NCBI GenBank assembly: GCA_012295275.1
Contig: CM022673.1
Coordinates: 22,010,001-22,074,000, forward strand
DNA: 64,000 nucleotides
Reading direction: 5' to 3'
DNA from: Chrysomallon squamiferum
Taxonomy: Eukaryota; Animalia; Mollusca
In this document: positions 1 through 12,100 of the stretch, one piece after another
Layout: each line of letters opens with the position of its first letter
Position numbering within the stretch: position 1 is the first letter of the stretch
Notes under the pieces: model-generated
Databases searched by the model: none
Seen by the model: only the letters and a program-made list of their open reading frames with translations
What the model was told of the DNA's origin: nothing
Made by a program: the position numbers and the translations under genes

Positions 1-1048
1 ATTAGTAAAACAGTACAGATGTATGTGCTGTTTACATTGTTAGTTTTATAGCTTGGCTGATAGTGGAAAAGAAACCTTTTTTCTTTCTTTTTCTATCTTT
101 TGGCGCTTAGCGTCCAGAAAGGATACCGTTTCGTCATCTTGCTCACCATGTGTGGCAAAAAAAAAAAAAAAAAATTTCGCAGTGTTCCTTCCGATTTCAT
201 GAGGGGGAAAAAAGGGTGGAGAATCATTTTTCCGGTAACATGAGGTTACGGGTAGGTAGGTAGACTTTCACTGTGCATGAATGAGTGAACAAAAGGATGG
301 ACATCAATTTTCTTTCCTTTTTTATTTATTTATGTTTATATTAGTAGTAGTAGTAGTAGTAGAAGTAGTATATTTTAATCCGCCCCTAATATGCTCTGTA
401 TACATTTGAATTGTAAATTATTTTATTTTTAATTAGAAGAATAGCGGTATTTGTACTCGCCTACGACCGGAACGAAAGTTAGTCTACGGAATTTCAGAAT
501 AAAACAGGCAGGCTTCAGTCCTTCCTAAATGTGCCCCCTCAACCCCGAAAATTGGAACTGGATTCCAGATGGCCGTCACTTCAAATGTATTTTACTGACG
601 CTGAACCGAAATCTGTAGATACAGATTTTTTCACTTGAATATGCCCTTTGAAGACATTAAAATTTGAGGATTTAGAAATCATAAAGTGCAGATTTCTATT
701 CTCAGTGTCGTCTCCTTACTGCTAATTTTTAATTATGTGGACATATGATTCTGAACTTCTGCTCGTTAAGCTATTTTTAAAAAAAATGTATATATTACGT
801 CATACAACAGATTAAAATTATATCCCTTTTTTCTTTTGATTATTTCATTTCTTTATCTAAAATTATACTCTGTAACTATGGGATTATAATTATCATATTT
901 CTAATTGAAGATTATTTAAATACTTTATTGTAACTGAAAACTATATAGATATTGCTTTGCTATTAAATTTCAGAATGTGGTTTTCCAAATATCATCAATT
1001 TAATTTTTTATTAATAGTAAATTTGCGGTAACTCCGGCTTGCAAATAT

Positions 1049-1079
<31 letters not shown>

Positions 1080-1190
1080 AAATGACAGTTTTATATAGGG
1101 AATAATAAAACTAATCTTAAAGAAAAAGGAAAAGATAAAAAAATTATTGGCGAAAGTTATCTTAACTAAACATTAACTTATATATTTTTA

Positions 1191-1225
<35 letters not shown>

Positions 1226-1394
1226 TGTATTATTTGTATTCATGTTTTTGTATGCCCGTTTTGTTTTGTTTCCTAATTTAAGATGAGAAATTGTTTTATT
1301 TTGAAATTGATTATAACTGCAATTATTATTTTATTTTATTGTTTGTTTGTTATAATTATCGTTCACTGTTTTTTTTTTGTGTGTTAAAGTTCGC

Positions 1395-1397
<3 letters not shown>

Positions 1398-1480
<83 letters not shown>
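1398..1480. repeat. (CT)n(GT)n microsatellite
   Basis: Perfect dinucleotide run. Confidence 0.95.
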
Positions 1481-1481
<1 letters not shown>

Positions 1482-1700
1482 TTTCCAACAGAATAATACA
1501 TTTTGTTATTTCTGTTGTATAATCCAATTAAAAGCAAAAGTTAAACAAAGATATTTAAAAAAATAATCACAGCTTTATTTCAGAACACGAATTTTCACAT
1601 TACTGACCGCAGATTGCTGGATATTATGTAAAACGTGACTGCAAAACAAAGATGTGATTAAAATGCGGAAAGTAATGGTTTCACATTTACTTAACAACAA

Positions 1701-1743
<43 letters not shown>

Positions 1744-2130
1744 CATTAATAGCTCCTATTCACTTTTACGTTTCCTGAAACCAAGACTAAACTTGGCTTG
1801 GCATATCTTATGAGATAGTATGTAGTTAGCCATTTTTCTTACGAATATAAATAATTTTATACAAGTACCGCACTGCTTGGAAGTTAGATTAATTTGTACT
1901 CCCTAAACAAAATTAGGGTTTTCATTTAGCATGCTAACTTTTATTTGAAAAAAAAAAAAACAATTAAAATTTATTTTGCTTTCAATTTTTGATGACGTAA
2001 TATTAGTATTAAGAAGAAGAAGAAGACGAAAGAAAGAATGAACATTCTGTACCAGTTCTTACAGTGATAAAATTATGTCAAACAAAAATGTAAAGAATCT
2101 AGAAAAAAGAAATGAAAATGAATATGAGAA

Positions 2131-3318
2131 TTACGCAGGTGTAGGGTGCACCAAGTCGAAACATCGCGACACTCCACTGTTTCGTGAAGGGTATTCGAAC
2201 GTAAAGTCGTTTCGTTTCTCATGAATATCGCGAATTTCTCCTTCAAATTCTTGAATAACGGCGTCCTGAAATATAATTGAATATGAGGTTTAACTATTTT
2301 AAAATAGGTAGACATCAAATCAGTATATGTAACTTGAGTAAAATATCTCTGTCTCTGTGTGTGTGTGACTAACAGAAGGAGAGAGCTATAGCGAATTAAG
2401 TGTTTTACATATTTTAATGACGTCAACATCCACAAAAAATAATAATATATTATTAAATTGTATCTTTTATGGTTTATTATTCAAATATTCAGTTTATTTG
2501 GTCTTGTATTATTCTTGTTATTATTATTATTGTTGTTGTTGTTGTTTTTGTTGTTGTTTCAATACAATGTAATTATTTGGAGAAAATAATGTTTGCCACT
2601 ATAAGTAACTCAGTTACATGAAAATGTCTAAAATGTATATTTAGACTTGCACTGTTCCTATCATTTTAAGATGGAACGGCTTTAATTATTATTTAAACTG
2701 TGTTGCTTACCGAGTTCTTGCCATCTCCACCAATATAGACTGGTTTAATAATTTGTAGTCCTTCCAGTTCCTTGTTGTGGATGTGTTTTTCTGTGCCTTC
2801 TGCTTTGAGTATCATACCAGTTTGAACCAAAGGGGGGTTACCTGCAAGTCTGGCTCTCTTATGTTTAATTCGGTTACGAAATATCTCCACCTGTAACATA
2901 ATAAATTAATTTATCTTTGTTTATAACCCCATAATTTGAAAATTAATTTTAAAACATTTTGGAGCAAAAACAATATGTTAGAATGAAATGATTTAGTTCA
3001 AAACAAAACAAAACAAAACAAATTATGATAGCTATGAAATACATTAGTACTTCGATTTACCGTAAAGTATGTATTGTTGTTGACCACGTCATTGCTCTGG
3101 AAGTAGTCTCCCGAGGTACCTCCGGCACCCCAAGATGTTGGATTTACGATTATGTAATGCAGTTTTCCGCTGAATATGTACAGTGCTTCGTAATCGTGAG
3201 TTCCGCGTGCATACAGAAGAATACCGTTTTCTTTCACGGTCCGGAACTGCATTTTGTAGTTGGCACTACAAGAAGTGATATATAATTGTATTAACAGATA
3301 AAATATCTGATAATCAAT

Positions 3319-3393
<75 letters not shown>

Positions 3394-3532
3394 ACACACA
3401 CACACACACACACACTGATATACAGAGATAGTGAAAGAATGAGAGAGACAAATTTGTATAATGTAGAGATATCAGTTGCTCCGAAATACAGGACATAAAA
3501 GATGTTTATGACTTTACTATCATAACAGCAAC

Positions 3533-3580
<48 letters not shown>

Positions 3581-4054
3581 TTTTAATTATGAGAAAACCA
3601 AAAATTGAAAGAGACTAAAAGACAGAAATTAATAATATATTCAAGCAGAATAAATCATTTACAAAAGAAAGATACAAGTGTACTTAGTATTAAAAGCGTA
3701 ATGTATTTTTTAGTCTGTTCATACTAGCGTGAAATGTCGAAGTTTTCTGGTTCAAACTCCAGATGTGCGTGCCCGTTGAAGGAGAAACAAGGTCCCTTCA
3801 CAGCTGAGATGCCAGCGACCTGCAACACAGCATAACCATAGAATAGCTCTATTTCTTATAATGCATAGAAGACAAACTCACACAAAATTTTTGTTATAAG
3901 CACGTTTAAGATTTTTAGTGTATTACAAACATAAATATATTAGTAAAAAATTCGGGTGAATGTTTGCCAGATTTTCATGATTATTAAAAACATATTCGGT
4001 CAAATATCCGTATGTAGCTGTGTGTAATAATATAGATCCTAGCTATTTAAATAT

Positions 4055-4104
<50 letters not shown>

Positions 4105-4417
4105 AATAAATAAATAAATATAAGAGTTTTAACGAAAGCATCCAGACTAATGGATTCTTCCTTCATAAAGATAACAACTTTTCCCCTGGTAATCTCCGAT
4201 TTTGGCTGATGATCGAGGTTACGGTTAAAAGCAAAGATTCTCATTCAGTTAATCCTGTGATAGATAATGTTATTTTTAAAGATATTTACTCTCTATCTCC
4301 ACTTTGTAAACAGTTATTTTCTAAAGAAACAACAAATGTGAATATTACATTTAAACGTTAAAGATAATATTAAAATATACTTACGAGTAAGAAAGTAAAC
4401 AAAGTTATCACAAACAT
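2131..4417 (-). CDS. Secreted single laminin-G (concanavalin-like) domain protein, about 215 aa, 5 coding exons
   Basis: Exons on minus: 4417-4385, 3819-3725, 3265-3061, 2890-2711, 2265-2131. All introns are GT-AG, phases are consistent, total 648 nt ending in TAA. Translation: MFVITLFTFLLVAGISA (signal-peptide-like) VKGPCFSFNGHAHLEF...MQFRTVKENGILLYARGTHDYEALYIFSGKLHY...PVYIGG...EFEGEIRDI...GVSRCFDLVHPTPA*. FxG, FRT..GLLLY, LYIGG and FxGxI are LamG hallmark motifs. Confidence 0.85.
3321..3415. repeat. (TC)n plus (AC)n compound microsatellite in an intron of the LamG gene
   Basis: Perfect dinucleotide runs. Confidence 0.95.
4056..4120. repeat. (AAT)n/(AAAT)n microsatellite
   Basis: Tri- and tetranucleotide run. 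Confidence 0.9.
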
Positions 4418-4876
4418 TATTCTGTAGGACAAAGAAAAACTTCAGAAATGGCAAATACCATTAAACTTCGTTCTTAGCTGACCCTCCTATAGCCTAATTT
4501 AATTGCGGAAAAATGTATTAACCGAGGACTAAATGTAAAGTAATACTGCAAGAACTTCGCGAAGCTGGGCAGGCTATGTCAAGATTATTTCGATGTAAAT
4601 AGTGTGGAATACCATGATTTTCAAAATTATGTCGGTCAGGAAGGAAACGGTTACAAGCGAAGCTAAGAGTTAGGCATGTTAGAAAGTTCATTAAATAAGC
4701 CAGCAAAAAGCAATGTATCTATCAGCAAAAATAATAATTAATAACTAATTTAATTGCTTTGTGTTTATGTTTGTATGCGTGTGTGCGTGTATGCGTGTAT
4801 TTGCATGAAAGAAAGAAATATAAGAGAGAAAAAGAAAGACAAAGAAGATGAGCTGGATACACGTAGATAGGGAATG

Positions 4877-4877
<1 letters not shown>

Positions 4878-4915
<38 letters not shown>
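4878..4915. repeat. (TG)n microsatellite
   Basis: Perfect dinucleotide run. Confidence 0.95.
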
Positions 4916-4916
<1 letters not shown>

Positions 4917-5430
4917 ACAGAGATTTTTCTTGACCATGTAATAAGGTTTTCAAGATATTTATGTTGTCATCGTCTCTGACTGAACAAATATTTCTTCAGA
5001 TTTTTTATTTTAAAAATGATTTTTAAAACATAATTTAAACCATAATATATTTTTATTAGGGAAACCTGTAAGATACCTTTCATATCAACAGGTGCGCTCC
5101 AAGTTATTAATATCGAAGTAAACGCAATGTACATCCAGACGTTACGTTTACGCAACATGAGATATGATTCTAATTTAGTTTGATAGAAGTATTTTAAAAA
5201 TAAATAACTCAGCACTTAATTTAAATAATTAAGTTTCGTACTTTTTAAACATGTTGAGAGTCGTTAGTAACTTGCAAAAATAACAACACCACAATGGCAG
5301 CATCAGTAATAGTACTAAGTAAAATTAATATCGTGCCCGTTAAATCATAATTATAACAGTTCTTTCATATAAAAGTGCGGATTAAAATATAAAACGTGCT
5401 ACAAAACTATATTAAAACCAGCCAACTTAC

Positions 5431-5501
5431 TTTCTTCACACTGTTCTTTTTTCTTTCTTTTTTTCCTGCGACAAAATCATATTGTTATTTTCCTTTTATA
5501 G
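5431..5501 (-). promoter_or_regulatory. Candidate TATA box and short non-coding exon of the LamG gene
   Basis: Minus strand reads CTATAAAAGG (5501-5492) and a strong donor AAA|GTAAGT at 5431/5430; an acceptor sits at 4423-4422 just before the ATG exon. Confidence 0.4.
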
Positions 5502-5966
5502 ATTTATTGCCGATAAAAAATGTATATGATTTGTTCCTATACGATTTCATTCAACACTTTATCCCTTTATGGCTTTCCACATTTGCATAAATATAACCAA
5601 GGATTAAGTAGTCCTACATAATTAAAGGCAGTATACATTATTTACTTATTTGTTTTTATCATTTAGTAGTAGTATTTTTATAAGGACTGATATTTAAAAT
5701 AAATTTGATTTTCGATAGGCCTTTATTCATGGTGCCGTGTATTAAAATAATTTGTCAACGAGCACCTGCTGAATATCAGTTAAGTTTTCATTATGCGATA
5801 ATTAAATGTATATATTCTGCTCATTTGTATAATAATAATGATGACAACAGCAACGACAACAATAATAAATTTAAATACTACTACTACTACTACTACTAAT
5901 AATAATAATAAATGAATGAATAATTTGAATCAAATTATATCAAAAGTTATCTCCCTTATATAAACT

Positions 5967-6025
5967 AATCTCGCGAGATTTTACGATGAGTCACAAAGCA
6001 GTTCTTTCTTCCGCCCTGGAAGTTG
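5967..6025. promoter_or_regulatory. FMNL proximal promoter elements: AATCTCGCGAGATT palindrome, AP-1 site, GC-box-like element
   Basis: 14-bp perfect palindrome at 5967-5980 containing TCTCGCGAGA; TGAGTCA at 5987-5993; TTCCGCCC near 6009-6016. CpG-retaining and about 200 bp upstream of the FMNL ATG. Confidence 0.55.
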
Positions 6026-6167
6026 GATAACTGCAACACAAAACATTCTGAAAACATGACAAGAAAGCGGTATATTTATTTCCTGCCTCGATAGCAGTGA
6101 ATGAGTATGATTTTCAATACTTAGTAGCTATAAACAACCAATATTTAAGGCCGCATCCATGCAAGAC

Positions 6168-9100
6168 ATGGGTAATTCAGAATCAAATAGCCATGACCAC
6201 CGTGGGCTTGAACACCGAAAACCATCGATGCCAATGCCAATGCGGCTACCGATGCCAGAGATTGCCGAATTGGATAAACGGTTTACAAAGGTCTTGGTAA
6301 GTGAATATGGACTATTTTTAATTTCATTATTATATAGAGTAAGGGCTCAAAACAGCACCATAACTTAATCCTGATTTAAAATTCTTAATCTGCCATCTCA
6401 TAAAATAAATCATTAGAAATAGATGCAATATTATGAATATAAAATTTAAAAAATGGTCAGTTTACTAATACATTTATCGATATATGTTAAAATTCCTTCC
6501 ATTTAATGTTCAATAAACCCTGCAGGCATTAAATTAGCATATATATACTTTAATGTTATCATTTGCCATACATTAGTTTGATCAGCTGTTGAATGAACTG
6601 TCATTTATTACATGTACGTAATCATATTGATATTCATCTTAACTAATGACTAGAAATATCTATGACTGGAATCATCTTAATTATTTAATTTTTAATTTCT
6701 TTTTACTGATGTGATAAGGCCCATACCAAAATTAACAGACGTACTGTTCATAATATATACGTCTTCAATTATCCTTTATAAGAAGAGTTAAATTACATTA
6801 AGTATGTTTTGAAAATTGATACTAGTTCATATTTATAAATGTGTATGATGATATAGAAAACAATAAGTAATTGTAAATTTATAAACTGATTTTTTTTTTG
6901 TTCTGTTCTGTTTTAAACAAGAAACATGTTTCATTCAGCCAAATGGATGCAATATAATTTCTGTCTTTGATGTATATAAATGTTAGAATTGAAAATTTTG
7001 TATATTCTTTTTATAAAATATTTTGTTCAATGATAAAATTTATAAATGAAGATGTGAATGATCAAGGCAGTTTATTTTAGTCATTTATATATCATTTAAG
7101 AATTTAAGACATATGCGAAGTAATTTATTAACTTCCTTCTTTTTGTTCAGGCTTCAATGGATTTACCACCTGATAAAGCTAAAGTTCTAAAAAGCTATGA
7201 CAATGAAAAAAAATGGGACTTGATATGTGATCAGGTGAGATTAAAATTGTTTTTGGCTAGTATCTTCTTTATAGAATTCTTTATATTTTGTTAATTTTTT
7301 AACTTTATAATATATATATATATATATTTCATCCTAAAAGCAGGACTATGCATTCTGACTGTATATATGTTAAGGGAAATGAAAGTTTTAGCAATAGTTG
7401 GCAAAAGAATTTGTTAACAGTCCTTTTCAGGCTTTTGTTTTTCTAGTTTTTTAATGGATTGTTTCTTTTGTTTTCACTGATCTTCCTAAATATAATATAA
7501 CTTAAAAGGTTCAGTTCTGAAAGTTACTAAAAAATACCTGCAGCTTCAGGTTAATAAAAAGAGTATTTTATTATTGGCTCTGAATTCAAAGATCACACTG
7601 AGTAGTAATCAAATCCTGAATTCTGATTCTGATTGAAATAACCAGCCAATGCTTAAGATTATTATGTAAGACAAAAATATGAATGAAGCAGCATAATGTT
7701 TGAAGACATCTGAAATCAACAAAAATATATATATATTTATCTTCTTAAAGTAGTATTAGGAAACTATAAATTGATTTATTAGTATTTGTATATGTCTGTT
7801 TGTGATGTCTGACTGTCTCTAAGGATATAATTATTAGTAAAGTATCTACTTCCAGCAATTTAATAATTATTGTGTATCTCTGATAAAGTAATTAATACAG
7901 ACACATGGAGCATGTGGAGCTGTATCAGAATCGGTGTGTATGTTCTTTTTGTGCACTTTTCCTGTAGGACTCAAAGTCTGTATCAAATGATTAATTACTT
8001 ATTTTTTCTCTCACTTATTAAGATTTTTTTTTTTCATTTAAAAAAAACGAAGAAAAATTGAATGTACAACATTTGAATATTAATTTCAGTTCATACTGAT
8101 AACTATAAATGACTGGTGATACTAGATGAAATGTACTTTAATTTACCATTAAGAAAACTTTCCATTGTGACAACATCTGATAATTATATTTGTTTTCTGA
8201 AATAGTAAAAATATGCTATCATCTGATGTAGATTTACCAATGAATGTTCATATGATTCTTTTCCCAATTACCACGAACACTATTTCCTGCTGCACTGGAG
8301 AGTTGGTGAGATATTTCCTGATGGTGTTCTCTCATACATTTAGGTCACTGCTTACATGGAAGTTAGAGACAGTGTGCTGCATGTTACTTTTTGTTGACAA
8401 GTGTTACAGTGTACAAATAGGTTATGTCAGCTGCTTAGGCTCCCTGTGAGTCACTGTGATACATTGTTTACACACTGAAGACTTCCACCATGCCGTATTT
8501 CACAGTAGGGTGTGTGAAACAAATATATTTCACACCAGTGTGTGTGGGCCAACTATTTCACAACAGGGTGTATGGGGTGGAAATATATTTCACAATGAAG
8601 TGTTTGAGATGCAGATGCATTTCACTGTGTGGTGGTTTTGTGCAGTTATGTGATGTAAAAGTATTTTAGGGTTTGTGAGATATTTTAAAAATGACACACT
8701 TCAGAGTGTTAAAAAATGTTATTTGTAATTGTTATTTAAACATTGTATAACATGGTCATATCTTGTCTGTTTAAAATGAACAAGTTACTTTGAATTGTGA
8801 TTTAATTAAAATTAACATTAATTTTTCATGTTAATTAAATTTTTCTTAATTGTATTGTTTCCTTTGTTGCTGATATGATGATAATAAAATAACGTGAGTC
8901 TTTCTAAGCACTAGAACCAATAATCTGTGTATTTATAAAAAGGACTGAAACACTGCAACTCTTATTTTAAATTAATTGTATCTGTCTGATTTCAATCTAA
9001 CTTAACTACTTCCTGAATAGAAATCTTGTAAATAAGATAACATGTACTGGATGACATTATTATTATGGGACAATCACTTGAATTTGAATAATAAAACTAA

Positions 9101-12100
9101 AAGGATAAAAAGAAATTGCATACAGAAATGAATATACACAGCACTCCCTACTAACAAAGTATTTAGCCTGAATTTCAGATGAATTTTATCATTTAAATCT
9201 GTGTACTGCATATGACACCCCAATATCTTAAATACTATAAAAACATTCTTCATCCTAAGCTATTATGCTTGATTTAGGTTGGATAATATGGCTAAAAAAA
9301 TTAATAATAAACATATGATTTATTATGTTACTTCACTCCCACTAAATCACCCTGGGGCTTACAAAGAATGATAAACATTTCTAATATAATTTGATAGCTT
9401 TAGGCCAGGTTATGGAAACACATGATAAAATACATTTAGCCTCAGCGTACCCCATGTGAAGTTGGCCAGTTTGATAATTCTAGTCATATAGTGTTAATGT
9501 GCCTAAAAGTGATGGTGTGTGTGTGAGAGAGAGATCCACCAATTTCACACAGTCATCTTACCCTTTTCCATTAAGATGAAACTAAATTTGAATGGATATT
9601 GCAATATATGGATATATGTGCAAAAATTCCAGTGATTTTGATTTCCTCTTTCTTTCTGTTGTTCTGTATTTAACTCAGCTTGTAAATCTCTTACATTATG
9701 CTGTCCAGTAACTGGTCTATATCAATAAGTGTAGGCCTCATGTACCAGTGCACACATACATATAACTGGTGTATTTGATTATTGCAGTTTTCTTCCTGGC
9801 TGCCATATGGTTGGCTCTCCAGGAGCCCCCTTCCTTCCTCTTTGTAACACAACACCAGCTGTTTGATGCAGAGCTGACTGTTGTGTTGAAACAGGAACTG
9901 GCTTAGAAAATTGTTTTCATGTTGCCAGATAAATAACATAGTAAAATGTAGCAGAGTTTATAAAATCATATTTGTTAAGACATTTAATTTGATGAGCTTG
10001 TTTCTGTCTTGTTCTGTCATGGTTTTATTTAACTATTAACTGTATGGAGGGTGTGTATGGATGCATGTGTCTAAAGTGCAAAATCCTGAGACAATGTCCA
10101 GTTTTAAGTAAATACAAACACACCAGGTAGTCACATCACAAACACACTATTTCATTTACTAGACTAGGCATATGTAACAAATTTAAGAAATTTTCAATTT
10201 TTATTAATTTTGTCTTGAAATTTTTGCAAGTACATTTCATTTTATGATCTTACACTAAATTCATAAAACAGTCATTGAACTCATGGCAAAGAAAATAATT
10301 TTAAATGTAAAATATTTTCTTCAAAATCGAATATTCCACCACTTTGAAGTTTACACACTTTATTATGCATAAAAGTAATGTAGAGGTATAATAATATTTC
10401 AGTAGGTCTGAAATTACTAATTTTGAACAGCATTACTAATTAATATGATTTATTTGCTAAATATTTTCAAAACTGAACAGATGTTTTAGTGTAAATCATA
10501 AAGAATTTTTGACTTACAGGAGCAAGTCCATGCAAAAGATCCTCCACATGTGTATTTAGACAAACTGAAGACTTACCTTGACCCTCGGGCCACCCGCAGT
10601 TCTCGTGTAAGTACAATGTAATGTTCTTTGTTTTGCATGGTCATTAGTGTCATCAATTATTGTCCATTTGTCCAGTAATCAATTTGATGTATTTATATAT
10701 GTTGATGTATTCATTTGTACATATAGCTGAGTTTACTTGTTTTGATTATGCAATGTTTCTTGTCCTTAGCTGCAACCTGATTAAGTTTTCGTTAACACTA
10801 TAAAAGTAATATAAATTTATTATTATATTGGCTAAGAGTTTAGAGCATCTAATATATTCACATAGTTAAAGCATTGTGGTATATTTTTCACAGAATCATA
10901 TATAATTTGGTAATAGTTTAACAAGTTAAGTTTGAGAAAAGCCATATTTATTGTTAATCATTCTATTAGAAAATAGTATTTTTATGAACATTCTGTTCAA
11001 CTACTTGTTAAAGTATCATGTTTCTATATAAATCTTTCAAGTGGATAACTTTCACAAGTGAAGTTAAAAAAGCATTGTGTAAATGATATTTATTTTTATA
11101 TAAAAAGAAGAAAAATGTAGAAATTTTCTGTTTGAATTATGATGTACTATGTTTATCAATATTAACTAACTAGATTTCAATGCTAAATTTCAAACATTGG
11201 CATTCATGTAACAAACTAAATCTCATATAGTTAGTTAATGCCAAGGTTTGATTAAAAGTACTGTGTCCACTTTGACCTTTAGTTTGTTTTCAAGCAAATT
11301 TCACATTTGCAATTAAAGCCCTGCTGACAATATCTCATGCATTTATAACTAGCTGTGAACACCACATATTAAATCTTCATATTTCTTTGAAAAAACAGTA
11401 AAATAAATTCTTGTCTGCAATTATTTGGTAAAGAATATAAAAATCAATGTAAATTGTTTTAGTAATAATACATCTGTCACAGGTTTCTGTCATACTGCTT
11501 TATAATCTATATGGATAATATATGTTCAGTGACTTATAATGATTACTTTCTGTTTTTTAATAACAGAAATTTTTTTAGTGTGGCTGATAAATACTGAGCA
11601 TATGTGAAAATGTATGGTTTGGTTCACAGCAAGATTTAAAATGAATGTCAAAAATTATCCATAAATTATAAGTAAACCAGTAAATCTTAATTATAGGATC
11701 CTCAGTTTTATTTATAAATTCCAGATTTATTTTAATTTTAATTTATTTATTTTTTAAATTGTATATGAAATTACATATTGAATTTTTTATCATAATTAAA
11801 ATATAGTAAAAGTTTTATTGTAATTTTGAATTGAAACATAACAGTCATTAATATACATTTTTATTTGTTATTTACAGGTTTTGATTTTCTATATAGGTAT
11901 ATGGGAATAAATCACATGATATACTTTTCATTAATGTTTATATTTCATTGTACCTTTCAGCAAAGAATGTGTATGGCAATACACAACATGGTAACTTTCC
12001 CCCAGTGCACTGACAGTGTATGTCTTTTTTTTTCAATGAATAAACTCTTTTCCCGTAAAACTGTTGCTTTAAGTGTAAATGCATAGACCCAGAGGGTGAA

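Noticed and set aside
1291-1566. ORFs with SLSLSL, ERERER, HTHTHT or IIII runs (also 4722-4953, 46506-46940 and others)
   Set aside because: Translations of microsatellites, not genes.
2073-2435. 120-aa minus ORF overlapping the last LamG exon
   Set aside because: Wrong frame; the spliced phase-0 frame from 2265 gives the LamG C-terminal motif and stops at 2133-2131.
8490-8635. CRISPR-like repeat/spacer appearance
   Set aside because: Eukaryotic intron, degenerate contiguous units without true spacers, and no cas genes.
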